Source: Octopus sinensis | Lineage: Eukaryota | Direction: 5' to 3' | Length of the DNA: 64,000 nt | Assembly (NCBI RefSeq): GCF_006345805.1 | Contig: NC_043007.1 | Span: 76,260,001 to 76,324,000, forward strand | Shown here: in pieces, positions 11,600-26,069 of the stretch | Numbering within the stretch: the stretch's first letter is position 1 | Layout of the letters: every line of letters begins with the position of its first letter | The notes under the pieces: generated by a model | Told to the model about the DNA's origin: nothing | Seen by the model: only the letters and a program-made list of their open reading frames with translations | Database searches by the model: none | Translations under genes and position numbers: made by a program

Positions 11600-13290
11600 A
11601 AACAAAATTTAAGCAATTTATGGGATTTCGTTTTTGCCTGTAGTTGGAATGGTACTTACCCGTATTCTGTTAGAACGTGTAAATTCCTTCATAGCTCAAG
11701 ATATAGTGTCTGAGTTTCAGTGTGGTTTTCGATCCTCCAGGGGCACGGTTCATTGTATCTTTACTATCAGAAAATTTCAGGAGAAGTGCATTGAACAGAA
11801 TCTTGCGCAATACAACTGCCTTATTGATTTAAGCAAGGCATTCGATACTGTTAATCGAAATACTCAATGGCTAATACTAAGGAAAATAGGATGCCCAGAA
11901 AAATGTGTAAACATGATCAAGGATTTGCATGAAGATATGAAGTCTAGAGTTAATTTTGGTGGTAGGCTTTCTGAATCCTTTGCTGTAGAAAATGGAATAA
12001 ATCAAGTAAACCTTAATGCCCCCATTCTCTTGCAACATACTTTGCTGTTGTGCTATCACACGCTTTTCAAAAACTCCAAGAAGAGTATTTGCATAAAATA
12101 TCGAACAACGGGGAATGTTTTAATCTGACCGGACCGAAATTCAAAACATTCATTAGGGAACTCCTAAACGCAGACGATTGCGATCTAGACAGCCACTGAC
12201 AGGCCTGCAAGCTCTTGTATCTGCATTTAACTCAGCCTGCACGTGGTGCTGTTTGCAACTCCCCTAAAATCTTTATTAGGGGTGAGTTACTGGAGATTGT
12301 TGATTTTTTCATCTACCTCAGAAGGTCTATACACAATTATGGACATCTGGACACAGAAATACATCTGCGAATTCAAATGGCAGCCCAGTATTTGGTGGTT
12401 TGAAGTCACACGTTTGGCGCCAGCAGCATATAAATAATAACACAAAATTGGTTCTTCACAAATTGTTTGTTTTATCATCTCTGTTTTATTCCCCTCAAAC
12501 ATGGACCTGTGACGAATGATACCTCAAATTGTTAGAACGGATCCACCAAAAATGACTTCGCCGCATTTTAAACATTAAATGGGACTTTTTTTTACTCCAG
12601 ACACTGATGTATTTGCATCTGCAGTCATCACTTCACTTAAATTAATGATCTTGAAAAATCAAATGAGATGGTCTGGTCACATTTTTTGAATGGCGGATGA
12701 ACGCACATCCAAACAGTTTTTTTATGGCGAACTTGCAGAAAGGAAACACGATCAACAATAAACCTAAAAAGAGGTTTCAGGACTGTATTAGGAGTAACAT
12801 GAAGTCACTTGGAATGGATCCAAAAGCTTATAGAAACCCTTGCTTCGGCTCGAGCTGGATGACGAACAAAAGTGTGGAGTGGAGTAAAAGATTTTGAAGA
12901 AACCAGGATTATCCATACAAAACTCAACAAAGATTTAAAGAAAAATGCTACCATAAACGAGAAAATGCATCCCAACCACCTTTTTGTGTGCAAAATTTAT
13001 GAAAGATCATACTTTTCTTTTGCTGGGCTCAAATCTCATTTGTGGACCCATGAAAAACGAACCTCCACCAACTACTTTGCCAATCAATCTGTGCTTACCT
13101 CTCAATGGCATGTATGTTATAATGTCTGCAAATCTAAGGGACGCTTTAAAAGACATTTTAAGATCCAGAAATATCAGAATTTATCTACAGCTCTTGGTGG
13201 TCCAGAGCAGATAAGCAATTTATGTGGGCGTCTTTTCAGAAAATTGCCTGGTCTAAATCGCTACATCACACGCCATGATAGATCTTAGGT
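11600..13290 (+). mobile_element. RTE-clade LINE (RT and C-terminal region, frameshifted) ending in three C2H2-like fingers; degraded 5' part may extend to ~10730
   Basis: SEFQCGFRSSRGT, IRKFQEKCIEQN, IDLSKAFDTVNR, ELLNADD, F.YL, RWSGH..RMADER..KQ.FYGELAEG, KKRFQDCI: classic RTE RT and tail motifs. Confidence 0.9.
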
Positions 13291-13519
13291 GTATGTCCAA
13301 GAGATGGTTAGACTCTACACATGAAGTAGACAAACACCCTATATGTATGTATATAAGCATGCATACATGCATGCATGCCTGCATGTATGTATGTACGTAT
13401 AGTCGACCCGAAATTATAAAAGATATTTGCTCAACATAGCACACAATGGGATTCATTGCAAGACCATGCCTTCGCAAAACGAACATCTTAAGTGCACATC
13501 AATAACTATCTTTATGTAT

Positions 13520-14851
<1,332 letters not shown>

Positions 14852-15281
14852 GAGGACAAATTTCATGGATCAAATCCCTTTATCAAATTAAATTACTTCG
14901 CATTCCTTGTTGAACAAAATTACCACATCATGTGGTTTGCACGTTTTTTTATTATTGTATTTTAAAAAATTCTTATCCGATGTTAAACCTTAAAAAAATA
15001 TTTTGTAATGTTCGTAAAGTTCAATTAGGCTTTTATACGTTCAAAAACATTTCTTTTAAATACAATGGTAAAAAAACGTGAAAACCGGACCATGCTGTAT
15101 TTTATTCAATTGATGTATTATGCTATACACATTCACACAAATTCGAAATGCATACATATGTACATACATATATGTATCTGTATGTAGATATATGTATGTA
15201 TGTATGTATGTATGTATATGTATGTATGTATGTATGTATGTATAGCAACATTTTGTAGGCAATAGACATGATGAAAATATA

Positions 15282-15684
15282 CTCTTTTACTTGTTTCAGT
15301 TCATTTGACTGTGGCCATGCTGCAGCACCGCCTTTAGTCGAGCAAATTGATCCCATGACTTATTCTTTGGAAGCCTAGTACTTATTCTATCGGTCTCTTT
15401 TGCCGAACCGCTAAGTTACGGGGACGTAAACACACCACCATCGGTTGTCAAACTATGTTGGGGGGACAAACACAGACACACAAACGTACACATACACACA
15501 CATACATATATACATATATACAACGGGCTTCTTTCAGTTTCCGTCAACCAAATCCACTCAAAAGGCTTTGGTCGGCCCGCGGCTATAGTAGAAGACACTT
15601 TCCCAAGGTGCCACGCAGTGGGAATGAATCCAGAACCATGTGGTTGGTAAGCAAGCTACTTACCCCACAGCCCCTCCTGCACCT
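15282..15684 (-). mobile_element. SINE family B inserted into paralogous segment copy 2
   Basis: Full-length reverse match to 7695-8108; absent at the homologous position in copy 1 (~6300). Confidence 0.9.
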
Positions 15685-16046
15685 TAAACATGAGAAAACA
15701 TGTAAGTTAGCGATCAATGTCAATTTAATTATTACTTCAAATGATGGAAAAATGGAAAGAAATATATGAGCATTAGTAACTCTCGTTAAAACACTAATAT
15801 GAAAAGAAACCAATTTGTGGACAGAATCGAAAGTTTTCTTAGCTCTAATACGCTATATTTGTTTTGCAATAACACCTCCATCACATGATATTATGAAGTT
15901 ATAGCATCTTAGTGGGAGTAAAAATGCCAATGAAATATGACGATACGAAATTTATGTCTATATATTCTATAACGACTCAAATTTGTGATTATTTTTTTGA
16001 AAAATGATACTGAAAATATATTGATAAAAATTGAAAAACGACTTAC

Positions 16047-16161
16047 TTCCACAGAGTCAATGTTCGGCTGCTTCGGTGTCGATTCAACAGGCACCAATAA
16101 TTTCTTAACATCCTGTTGGGAAAGAAATGGGTTTTTGTTTTCTAGTGTGTCATAACTAAAT
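16047..16161 (-). pseudogene. Paralog of the 6679-6790 exon with an in-frame TAG
   Basis: Acceptor cttgtacacag, donor aa|gtaagt; DLVMTH*KTKTHFFPNRMLRNYWCLLNRHRSSRTLTLW; 115 nt. Confidence 0.5.
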
Positions 16162-16424
16162 CTGTGTACAAGTGAAATACTACGTAAAAATGCAAAAGAT
16201 TATTAATTAAATTATATAGTTACTCTTTCACAAACCGTTGGCTAATACTGGTAACACGCTAATGTTGATGTGGCGTTGGACAATATTCTCTAAGCATTAC
16301 ATTCGAGTTCGTTCACTATAAGGGAAAATAATAATTCAAACTGACAAATACCGATATTCTTATAATGAATGTATGTGCTCGAATTTCTAGAAATATACTG
16401 CTACAGATACATACACATGCACAT

Positions 16425-16750
16425 ACGAGAGGTGTGGCTGTGAGGTAAGAAGTCTTCTTTCCAATCACATGGTTTTGGTTTCATTCTCAATGCATGGATT
16501 CTTTGACAGATGCCTTCTATATCTTATATATATATATATACAAGAGAGAGAGAGAGAGAGAGAGAGAAAGTAAGAGAGTGAGGACGGACGGGCTTCTTTA
16601 AGTTTCTGTCTGCAAAATCCACAAACAAGGCTTTGGTATGCTCGGAGCTAGATTAGTTAACAAATTTGCCCAAGGTAAGACCACACCGTGAGACCAAATC
16701 TAAAACCTCACGTTTGGAAAGCAAGCTTTGTACTATACACCCAAGCCTGC
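16425..16750. mobile_element. Two degraded SINE-B head fragments in opposite orientation around (TA)(GA)n
   Basis: gtggctgtgaggtaag (+) and gggcttctttaagtttctgtctg...gcccaaggt (-). Confidence 0.55.
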
Positions 16751-16757
16751 GTCTATA

Positions 16758-17463
16758 TACATGTGGCACATTCCAGAAGTTTGAGAAACCTTTTTAGGAG
16801 ATGTATTTATAACAATCCTAGATTATTGCAATTTTAGTATAGCATTGATATACATCTAATAAGCTGACCTCCTAACTTTTGTCATTCCATATTGGCGACG
16901 GCTATAACAGCACTATTAACACAACCTGTTAAACCGTACTTGTCACAGCTGACTAGTTTTGCAGAATGCAGTCAAAACATGAAGACAATTTGGAAGCTCT
17001 TGTTTTTCGACAGCAAGGGTATTGTCTAGCTTCACTGGATTCCCTCTGGCCAGGAGGCCAACAAACAGTACATTGTGGAGGTTCAGGGAGTGATTTCATC
17101 GCAAAAGGCCAGAGTACCTGCACGATGACAATGCACCAGTCCACAGTCCCATCCTGGTAACGCACTACATAACAAAGATGGGTATCGGAACTCATTCACC
17201 CTACCTACAATCCAGACCTTGGTCTTTGTGAAATTTGTATGTTCTTCAAGCCGAAGAAAATGGAAGAGGTTGTGACAAGTATCCTGGGCTCCTTCATTTG
17301 AAAGACTTCCACTGGACTTTACGAAGTGGCTGGTGTTCTACAACGAATACTTTTGAAGGACAGAGGGTCCTATTTTAAAGAGAATTAGAGTTTTGTGCTT
17401 CATTAAAATCAATATATATTTTCCCTGAGAAAGTCTCAACACTTCTGAGATGCACCTTACATA
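16758..17463 (+). mobile_element. Old internally deleted mariner
   Basis: Decayed TIRs (tacatgtggcacattccagaagtttgagaaac / gtctcaacacttctgagatgcaccttacata); frames give VFDSKGIV, HDDNAPVH, HPTYNPDL. Confidence 0.75.
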
Positions 17464-17467
17464 CATG

Positions 17468-17552
<85 letters not shown>

Positions 17553-17553
<1 letters not shown>

Positions 17554-18829
17554 GAGGGGCGTTCAATAAGTAATGCCCCTGACCCACTTCCCATAGCAGT
17601 AGAGCAACGAAACTTGGCACAGTTATTTGACTTCTTTTACATAGGAACCACCCAGAGTTACGCATTTCTCCCATCGTTTGATGCAGCTCTGGAGACCGTT
17701 TTTGTAGAAGACCCCAGTTTGGTCCTCCAACCACGACGTGACTTCAGAAATCAAGGCTGCATCATATGGGAAACGCTTTCCTTTCAAAAACAACTTCATG
17801 GCTGGGAAGAGGTGAAAATCAGAGGGTGCAAGGTCAGGAGAGTAGGGGTATGGGGGAGGAGTTCATAGCCGCACGCCTGTGCTTCTGATCTGGCGACACG
17901 CGAGTTGTGGACCGGAGCGTTGTCCTGCAAGAGGAGGATGCCTTTGCTGATCTTGCCTCTTGATTTTGATAGCTTCTCTTAATTTCTTCAAAAGTGAAGC
18001 ATAATAGGCTCCTGTAATTGTGGTACCCTTTGCCAGGAAATATGTCATCACTACTCCGTCCTGGTCCCAGAAGACTGTGAGCATGACCTTGCCAGCGGAG
18101 GGCTGCACCCTTGCCTTCTTTGGAGGAGGTGAGTCACGGTGCTTCCACTGCATTGACTGGGCTTTGTTCTCTGGATCATAGCGATGGACCCAGGTTTCAT
18201 CCTGTGTAATCAGTCTTCTGAAAAATTTTGACTCATCTTCTTGGCACATCTCCAAATTCATCCTCGAGCACTCGACGCGTTCTTGCTTCTGGAAAGGTGT
18301 GAGCAACCTGGGAATCCATCTGGCAGACACCTTTTGCATATGCAAATCGTCATGAATGATAGTTTCCACAGACCCGGTACTAATCTTGACCTCATGGGCT
18401 ATTTGGCGAATAGTTATGCGTCGACTTTCCAAAATGACAGCCTCAACTTGACGGACAGATGCCTCATCAATGGCAGAAGAGGGGCGACCAGATCTGAGAG
18501 CTGTTTCCACAGAGTTCCGACCATGTTTAAATTCACGATGCCAGCGTTTTACAAGGTCATATGATGGGGCATCATCACCATAAGTTACTTTCATTTCATC
18601 AAAAGTCTCCCGTGGTGTGCGTCCTTTCAAATACAAAAACCGGATCACTGCTCGACACTCAACTGACTCCATTTCACACTTGACTCTGTTCAAACACCTG
18701 TAAATCAGAAACCACAATTAGTACAGAGCCACTTAATCTATAGATATATAAATAATTGCACATGCAAAATTTCAGCTAGATCAAACAATTGCAAGTGGGT
18801 CAGAAGCATTACTTATTGAACGTCCCTCG
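17553..18829 (-). mobile_element. Near-complete mariner (D,D34D), frameshifted, inserted in (TA)n
   Basis: ~35-bp TIRs cgagggRcgttcaataagtaatgc; ORF 17863-18717 with MESVECRAVIRFL, WIPRLL, DETW; QDNA and YSPDLAPSDFHLF lie in shifted frames. Confidence 0.97.
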
Positions 18830-18846
18830 TATATATATATATATAT

Positions 18847-18891
<45 letters not shown>

Positions 18892-18912
18892 ATACACATA
18901 TGTGTATATATA

Positions 18913-18958
<46 letters not shown>

Positions 18959-18984
18959 ATATAGATATATATCTGTAAATGTAA

Positions 18985-19790
18985 TATGTGACAATTATTC
19001 GGTAGCCATGATAAAACTCCGAGTTTCGGATGCCGAGGTGGAAATCCACTCCGCCATCTCTTCAGCTATCCGGCCATCGGGAAAATGATATGAAAAATGA
19101 CCGTTATACAAAGGGAGATTACAGTGTGCTTGACCGTTATTAAGACAAAAGAGCTATTTGAATGACAGCTAAGTAAGTGTGTATGAACCTTTATAATGCG
19201 CGTGGGGTGGGGTTATGTATATACATATACATTTGGCGAGTGAGGATGTGTATGTTTTCAAGCGAGGGTGGATTTCCACCTCGGCATCCGAAACTCGGAG
19301 TTTTATCATGGCTACCGAATAATTATTCATACATAGGTTCATCAAAGATCACTTTGATTTTTCTCTGCATGAGCATTTATTAGGTTTAGTTGTATATGGA
19401 GTAGTTCTAACTTCATTTCCTGGCGCTGTTATTGTGTTGGCTATATCACTATTACTACTATCATCAAGTTGTTGCCGAAGCGGGCGTTTTTTACTCTGTT
19501 TTATATTTCGTTCCTTGGTATTTTGATCTATATATTTGTTGTCTTTTCTATTTGTCGAGCTGGCAGTAGTTAACGCGTCATGTAAGTGGGTTATTGGACA
19601 GTAGTTAACGCGTCAGTAAGTGGGTTATTGGACGGTCGGCTCATTTTACTGTTATTAATGCGGCACATATGCTGCGCTAAATTAGTAGATTTAGCGTATG
19701 GTATCTTCTCTGTGTATCTATTAAAATTAGTATGGTATCTGTTTGATTTAGAGAAACTTTTGTCTAAAGCGACAAAAGATTCCCAAGTTA
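18985..19790 (-). mobile_element. Rearranged Penelope-like remnant: hammerhead 3'UTR, inverted 57-bp repeat, GIY-YIG/linker pieces
   Basis: Minus-strand KPNKCSCREKSK..LCM (linker, ~19330-19400) and NRYHTNF..KSTNLAQHMCRI (~19660-19760); inverted repeat 18992-19048 vs 19269-19325. Confidence 0.7.
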
Positions 19791-20100
19791 CGAAGTTCTT
19801 CATTGCCCAGCTTATTCCCCAACCCTTTCTCCTACTGACTACCACTTTTCAATCGCCTTGGTGGTTTCCTGCGAGAGAAGGAGTTCAGAAATCAAACCGA
19901 TGCTGAAAGTGCGTTCAAAGAGTTCATCAGATCCAGAACACCAGATTTTTAGGTTACTGGAATAAACAAACTTTTAACTCGTTGGCAAAAATGTGCTGAT
20001 TCTAATGGCACTTATATTGATGAATAAAATTCCCGCATTGTTGAAATATATTGTGATGAATTTCATACTTCAAAACGTTGCTTACTTTTTACTCAGCGTT
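19790..20100 (+). mobile_element. Mariner 3' fragment
   Basis: HCPAYSPTLSPTDYH..EFRNQTDAESAFKEFIRSR..GINKLLTRWQKCADSNGTYIDE. Confidence 0.85.
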
Positions 20101-20221
20101 ATATGTATGTATGCATGTCTGTCTGTCTGACTGTCTGTGTGTATGTATGTATGTATGTGTGTGTGTTTTCATTAACTTACTTTGATATACACGTACATGC
20201 ACATACACAAACACACATATA

Positions 20222-20366
<145 letters not shown>

Positions 20367-20508
20367 TGTATGTATGTATGTATGTATAAATGTATGTATG
20401 TATGTATGTATGTATGTATATATATATATAGTAGGTACTGAAAATTTAGGGTGAATATTTGATAAGTGTAAGCACCTGTATACGCCAGATAGTGGCAGAT
20501 GTGAGAGA

Positions 20509-21090
20509 GAATATATCAAATAAAATGAAAACCAGAAGACATGTTTCAAGCTTTATAAACGATCTGTTCTTACATCAGTGTATAATAGATATAAAAGATG
20601 GTTTAAAGCTCTCTTCAGCCGCATGCATTGTTATTCCAAAGAGTTACATCCACTATAAAAAATATGAAAAGTACATGTAGTATTATCCATTATAATACGT
20701 ATATCATATCTCCCTGAGAAAGTGTATTTGTAAAATTTCGTAACTATATAGACGTGTAGGGGAGTCATAGAGTCTATGTTGACTGGTGATACTGGTGATA
20801 CAGTATGGACAGATTTTTGAAATCCAATAATCCCCTACACGCCTATATAGTTACGAAAGTTTACAAATACACTTTCTCAGGGATATATGATATACCTATT
20901 ATAATAGGTAACACTATATGTATTTTCCTATTTTTTATTGTGTGATGTAACTCTTTGGAATAACAATGTATGCGGCTGAAGAGAGCTTTAAACCATCTTT
21001 TATATCTATTATACACTGATGTAAGAACAGGCCGTTTATAAAGCTTGAAACACGTGTATCGCGACATCTTTGTGTTCTGTTTTTGATTTT
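20509..21090. mobile_element. Palindromic element (~255-bp arms, ~70-bp spacer) carrying a hammerhead in each arm
   Basis: 20509-20763 is the near-perfect reverse complement of 20834-21090; CTGAAGA...GAAAC in both arms. Confidence 0.85.
20966..21067 (+). ncRNA. Type I hammerhead ribozyme candidate (predicted GUA cleavage after 21058)
   Basis: Stem I AUGU(A)UGCGG/UCGCGACAU; core CUGAAGA 20976-82; stem II GAGCUUU..AAAGCUU; GAAA 21047-50; palindromic stem III ACACGUGU. Confidence 0.7.
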
Positions 21091-21096
21091 ATTTGA

Positions 21097-21147
<51 letters not shown>

Positions 21148-21206
21148 GTGTATGTATGTATGTACGTACGTATGTATGTATGCATGTATGTATGTATGTA
21201 TGTATG

Positions 21207-21239
<33 letters not shown>

Positions 21240-21291
21240 ATTATATATATTATATATATATATATATTATATATATATATATACATAATAT

Positions 21292-21568
<277 letters not shown>

Positions 21569-21601
21569 ATAGATATATATATATACATATACAAATACAT
21601 A

Positions 21602-21822
21602 TACAAGACGGTTGCTGAAAAGTTCCAGGCTGAAGGGTGTCGCGAAAGGCCTGGCTGGGGGCCCAACTTTCTGAGTTCTTTTATAGAACTTAGAAAAACT
21701 GAAGGACCGTTGGAGTAAGTTTGGGAATATGAGAGGGGAATATGTTGTGTAAAATCATAATTAACTGGTCTTCCTGTGTTTTTTTTTCACCCAAGCCAGG
21801 AATTTTTCAGCATCACCTCATA
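21602..21822 (+). mobile_element. Mariner-derived MITE
   Basis: TIRs tacaagacggttgctgaaaagttccaggct / agccaggaatttttcagcatcacctcata; TA ends; internal remnant of the transposase C-terminus. Confidence 0.75.
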
Positions 21823-21937
21823 CTTGTATATACGTGTGTGTGTGTGTGTCTGTACACATACACACATATATATATGCACATATAAACAAATATATATATG
21901 TACATATATATACATACATATATACGTGTGTGTATGC

Positions 21938-21995
<58 letters not shown>

Positions 21996-22365
21996 GCATA
22001 CACACACATACAACCATATATACATGCATGCAGAATAAAATGAATATAATCTTAAAATATTTACATCTATATCCGTAATACTTTCTTCGTGAAAAGTTGA
22101 CTCGCTTTCAGATGAACTATAGGCTACGCTGTATACAAGTAAAAGAGTGAGCAAAAATACGAAAGTATGTTGGTTGATGTCCATCCTCATTCATTGACAG
22201 ACGGTTGACTGACACTGCTAGCACAGATACTGACGTGGCGTAAACATACATGTCAGGAATATTTGATAAACACCGAACACGCAGTGCTCACTTCTGTTTT
22301 TGTCATATGCACGTCTATCTATCTATCTGTCTGTCTGTCCCTTCTTCTTTCTCTCTATTTCTCTT

Positions 22366-22413
<48 letters not shown>

Positions 22414-22419
22414 TCTCTC

Positions 22420-23010
22420 TAATCCACTTTTTTCCTCCTTTGTACGACCAAACCTCGAATACTGCTGTCCCTTGTGGTTTCCCCATACAAAACAAAACAT
22501 TTGGAGGATTGAATCACCCCAGAGGGCACTCACTAAACGAATTAAAGGTATGGCTGATCTCGATTATTGGGACCGCCTTAAAGCCTTGAAACTCTACCTC
22601 TGAGGAGATGGTACATTATTTGTACGATGTGGAGAATATACCGCCAGCATAGCCCAAACGACCTGAACATTAGTTTCAAGGTTCATCCAAAGCTGGAACC
22701 ACGGGCCACACGTCCCCTGCCCAATTCAGGATCACAGTATATAGGTATACTGCGACATAATTTCTTTTCCTTAACAGGTCCTGCCCTGTTTAACATTATC
22801 CCGAAAGAGATCAAAGAGGAAAAGGATTCCATCACCTTTAAACGAAGTCTGAACAGATTTCTTCAAGGAATACCGGATAAGCCACCCATACCTGGATACG
22901 ACTCAATTAACAAGAACTCACTGCTTGGATAGACCATAAACAAAACTTGACTTAAACAGGATTTAGATAATGCTATCAGGTGGTGCTATTAAGTTAGACA
23001 TGGCCTGGAC
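22420..23010 (+). mobile_element. CR1-type LINE 3' fragment
   Basis: FVRPNLEYCCPLWFPH..IESPQRALTKRIKGM..LDYWDRLKALKL; same family as 56748-57800. Confidence 0.9.
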
Positions 23011-23477
23011 CAGGGGAGGTGTATATATTCATATAGCTATGTATATATCTACATGTATATATTTGTCCTTCTATTTCGCTTTCTCTATTTATCTCTTTCT
23101 CCCTCTCTCTATCTCTCCTTCCACTCACTACTGAGCTGCCATCATCATCATCATTATAGAAAATATTCTTCAGTCAGTCATGGCTGGACCAAGTTACTCC
23201 CGTTCTTCCCGTTACACCTTTCACTCGCACCCTTACCACTACCAAATCAATCAAACAGCCTGTCTAGCCGATTTTTGCAGGATTCCTTCTTTGGACAACA
23301 ACTCTAAAATAACAATAAAATAATAATAATAACAATAACAATAGTAATAGGTACCTGCCCTACGAGATATTTAAACCTTTAAGCTTCTATAACTAAAGTA
23401 TTTCTAAACTCTGTTGTGTTCCTTCACTCTACCCCTCTCTTGCAGACATCGACTCCTCTTTCTTTTCTCTCCCCTCT

Positions 23478-23515
<38 letters not shown>

Positions 23516-23539
23516 CCGTTCTCTCTTTTCTTTTGTTTA

Positions 23540-24368
23540 CTATCAAATCATAGGTGTTGGGCCGTCGGCGGCTAAACCGGCATCCCCATACACAGTGTTC
23601 TTCTTACAATTTGGTCACCCTGCAGGATGAAATACAAGATCTGCCAAAGTTGGTGTGAACTCTGAGGAGCCGACGACCATCCAAATAAGCAACTCTCTTT
23701 ATTAATTGTGTGGCTTATTAAAACCTTACCGTTTAAGACAGCAGTAATAATAACTCCGCCTACATGCAGCTATACCTACTTTAGGGAGAGGATTCGGAAG
23801 TAAACCTCGAGGATAAATCCGGAGCTGGAATCCCTAAAGCAGTTTGATACTATATATAAATTCGTTCTGGCAACTCCTTCGGTCCCTCTGGTGCCAAGTC
23901 GTATTGGCACCACCCTTCCCTTGGATAACACTAGTGACAGTGGAGAGAGGAGTCGTGCTGCATGGGCAACTGCCAATCTCCTATAAAAAAAACCTGCTCA
24001 AGGCTGCGACCTGGAGAAGACACTCCAGCGTCGTCTAACCGCGGCAGCAAAACACGGAAAGCAGCAGTCTACCGATTTGAAGCCTGCACATGGTTGGTGT
24101 AAGAGCAAAGCGCTATGGGCTGCTTTCGACGGAGGGAGAGGCGATTGTGCCTTACTGGACAGCTACCGCCAACCTTAAGCTGGGTAGTCCCCAGTCACTT
24201 AGGTGCTGTCTTGTTACAGCCCGCCTGCTCCATTGGGTGTGTGGGGCATAGGGAAACTAATATCCTGAATCGTGAGCAGTAAACACTGCACTAAGAAAAA
24301 CAATAAACAGACAAGGAAACAATGTAAGAAACCAGCAGTCAGACTCGGATATTGGAACATGGGGCGCG
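23540..24368 (+). mobile_element. RTE-like 5'UTR and start of the AP-endonuclease ORF
   Basis: Ends in KKPAVRLGYWNMGR (cf. .GTWNV.T); 5' part gggccgtcggcggctaaaccggca matches the minus-strand 5' end of 28975-29640. Confidence 0.6.
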
Positions 24369-24427
24369 CGCGAGTGTGTGTGTGTGTGTGTGTGCGCGTG
24401 TGTGCATATATATATATATATATATAT

Positions 24428-24820
24428 ACCCAATATTTCTGCTGTTCTAACGGTGTTTCTGCGTTCGGAAACAAATTATCATCTTACTTCTATCTTACGA
24501 AAAAACAAATGTTAGCTTATATTTATATACACGTAGTTGTACATTTAGCTTTATAGCGTCTGAAATTGCAGACTCAGTGGGCAGTTTAGTTTAAGGGTAA
24601 AGCACTTGGCTGGAGTCTTTAGGAGATGTGGGTTCGTGTCCCATGGCTGTTTTTAGATAATTTTTTCTGCTTTATAAAGGTAATTTACCCAATATTCTTG
24701 CCGTTGTAACGGCGTTTCTGCGTTCGAAAATAAATTTGCATCTTACTATACACATTTCGGCGCTTATAAAAAACAAATATTAGTTTGTTTATCTTTATAT
24801 ACACGTAGATTTATATCCGT
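24428..24820. repeat. ~130-bp direct repeat pair flanking a decayed tRNA-like/SINE head (24575-24650)
   Basis: cccaatattYYtgcYgttStaacggYgtttctgcgttcg at 24428 and 24688; box-B-like gggttcgtgtccc at ~24630. Confidence 0.55.
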
Positions 24821-25411
24821 ATATAGATACATTATATATGTGTGTGTGTGTATGTATGTATAAATACATGTGTGAACAGACCACATATGTAATACTTATA
24901 CGTATATTATAATGTACACTCTTATGCATTTATATCATTATACATATATAAGTTATGAATGTATATACGCGCATTAATAGAGACAATGCTGCAAATAAAC
25001 AGACAGAACTCCTTGGGCTCGAAATACAGAATATATATTCATTTATATATGTAAATAAATAAAAGACAAAAACGGAATGAGTTGCAGTCGATTAACATTC
25101 AGGTAAAAACATGTATTCTGATTGTTCGACATTTATGTGTATTTATATTTATAAATTAATAGAATAAACTTACTGAGATCACATAGAGTCAGAGAATTAG
25201 AGGGGAGAATGTATGATGTTATAAGTCCGACATCTGTTTCTGGGTGCTCGGAGTTACTTAGTAAGGTTGGCAGGCGTAGTTCACCAAAAATTTGCAACAA
25301 GTAATGGAAACAGACAAACATTGTAAAGTACCGACCTCGTTCTTCTGGATGGAGAGAAAATAATTAGTCCTTGGTGAAGATATCGGAGTGTAAGTTCAAA
25401 TCTTTTGAGCT

Positions 25412-25978
25412 TGTAGTGACCCTATAGCGGTGCGCGTTCGCGCACCGTCCATTTGTATTTCGCGCGTGTTGGTGCCTTTACCAAGGCAGAGAAAGGAAGG
25501 GCCCTCTCGCGCATGCGCGAACCACCGGAAGCACGACCCGCTTGCCTATCGTGGTAGTTAGCGAGGCAAGGGGGTCGTAGAACGTTTGACCACTAGCAGC
25601 AGCAAGCGGCGACTTGGGACCCAGCGATTGAAGGCGGCGGTCACGCATATATTCTCTCCGGTTGATAGCAGCAGTCGGCCGAATGCCTTTAACCAAATTG
25701 TTGCCGACCACATTCAACTTCCCTGTTCGACGCCATCTTGACCCCTTTCTGGTTTAGCGGCTGGACATTGTAAACATTACAATCGATTAACTTTCAGCCT
25801 TGCGCGCCCAGAACCAAGGACATCAGATAACACACTTATTGTTATTGTTTACCAAGAAAGAGAATAAAGTAGTAATATATATTTTACGTCTGCGTCTTGT
25901 TGTTTCTGACGGGCAGAGATTCTGGATTATTAAAGCAACGGCTAGTGAGTGATTGCTTTCTTGTACCCCGAAAGTACA
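25412..25978 (+). mobile_element. Probable solo LTR (CpG-rich)
   Basis: TGTA...TACA termini, ~570 bp, AATAAA at 25863, sharp GC/CpG contrast with flanks; no clean TSD found. Confidence 0.5.
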
Positions 25979-26069
25979 AGACAAGATATTCACACTTCAC
26001 ACTAAGTTCGTTTCAAGCTCTACAAAGTGTTTTCTATAGAGATTCTCTTTATCTCATCTGTTGACTTTA

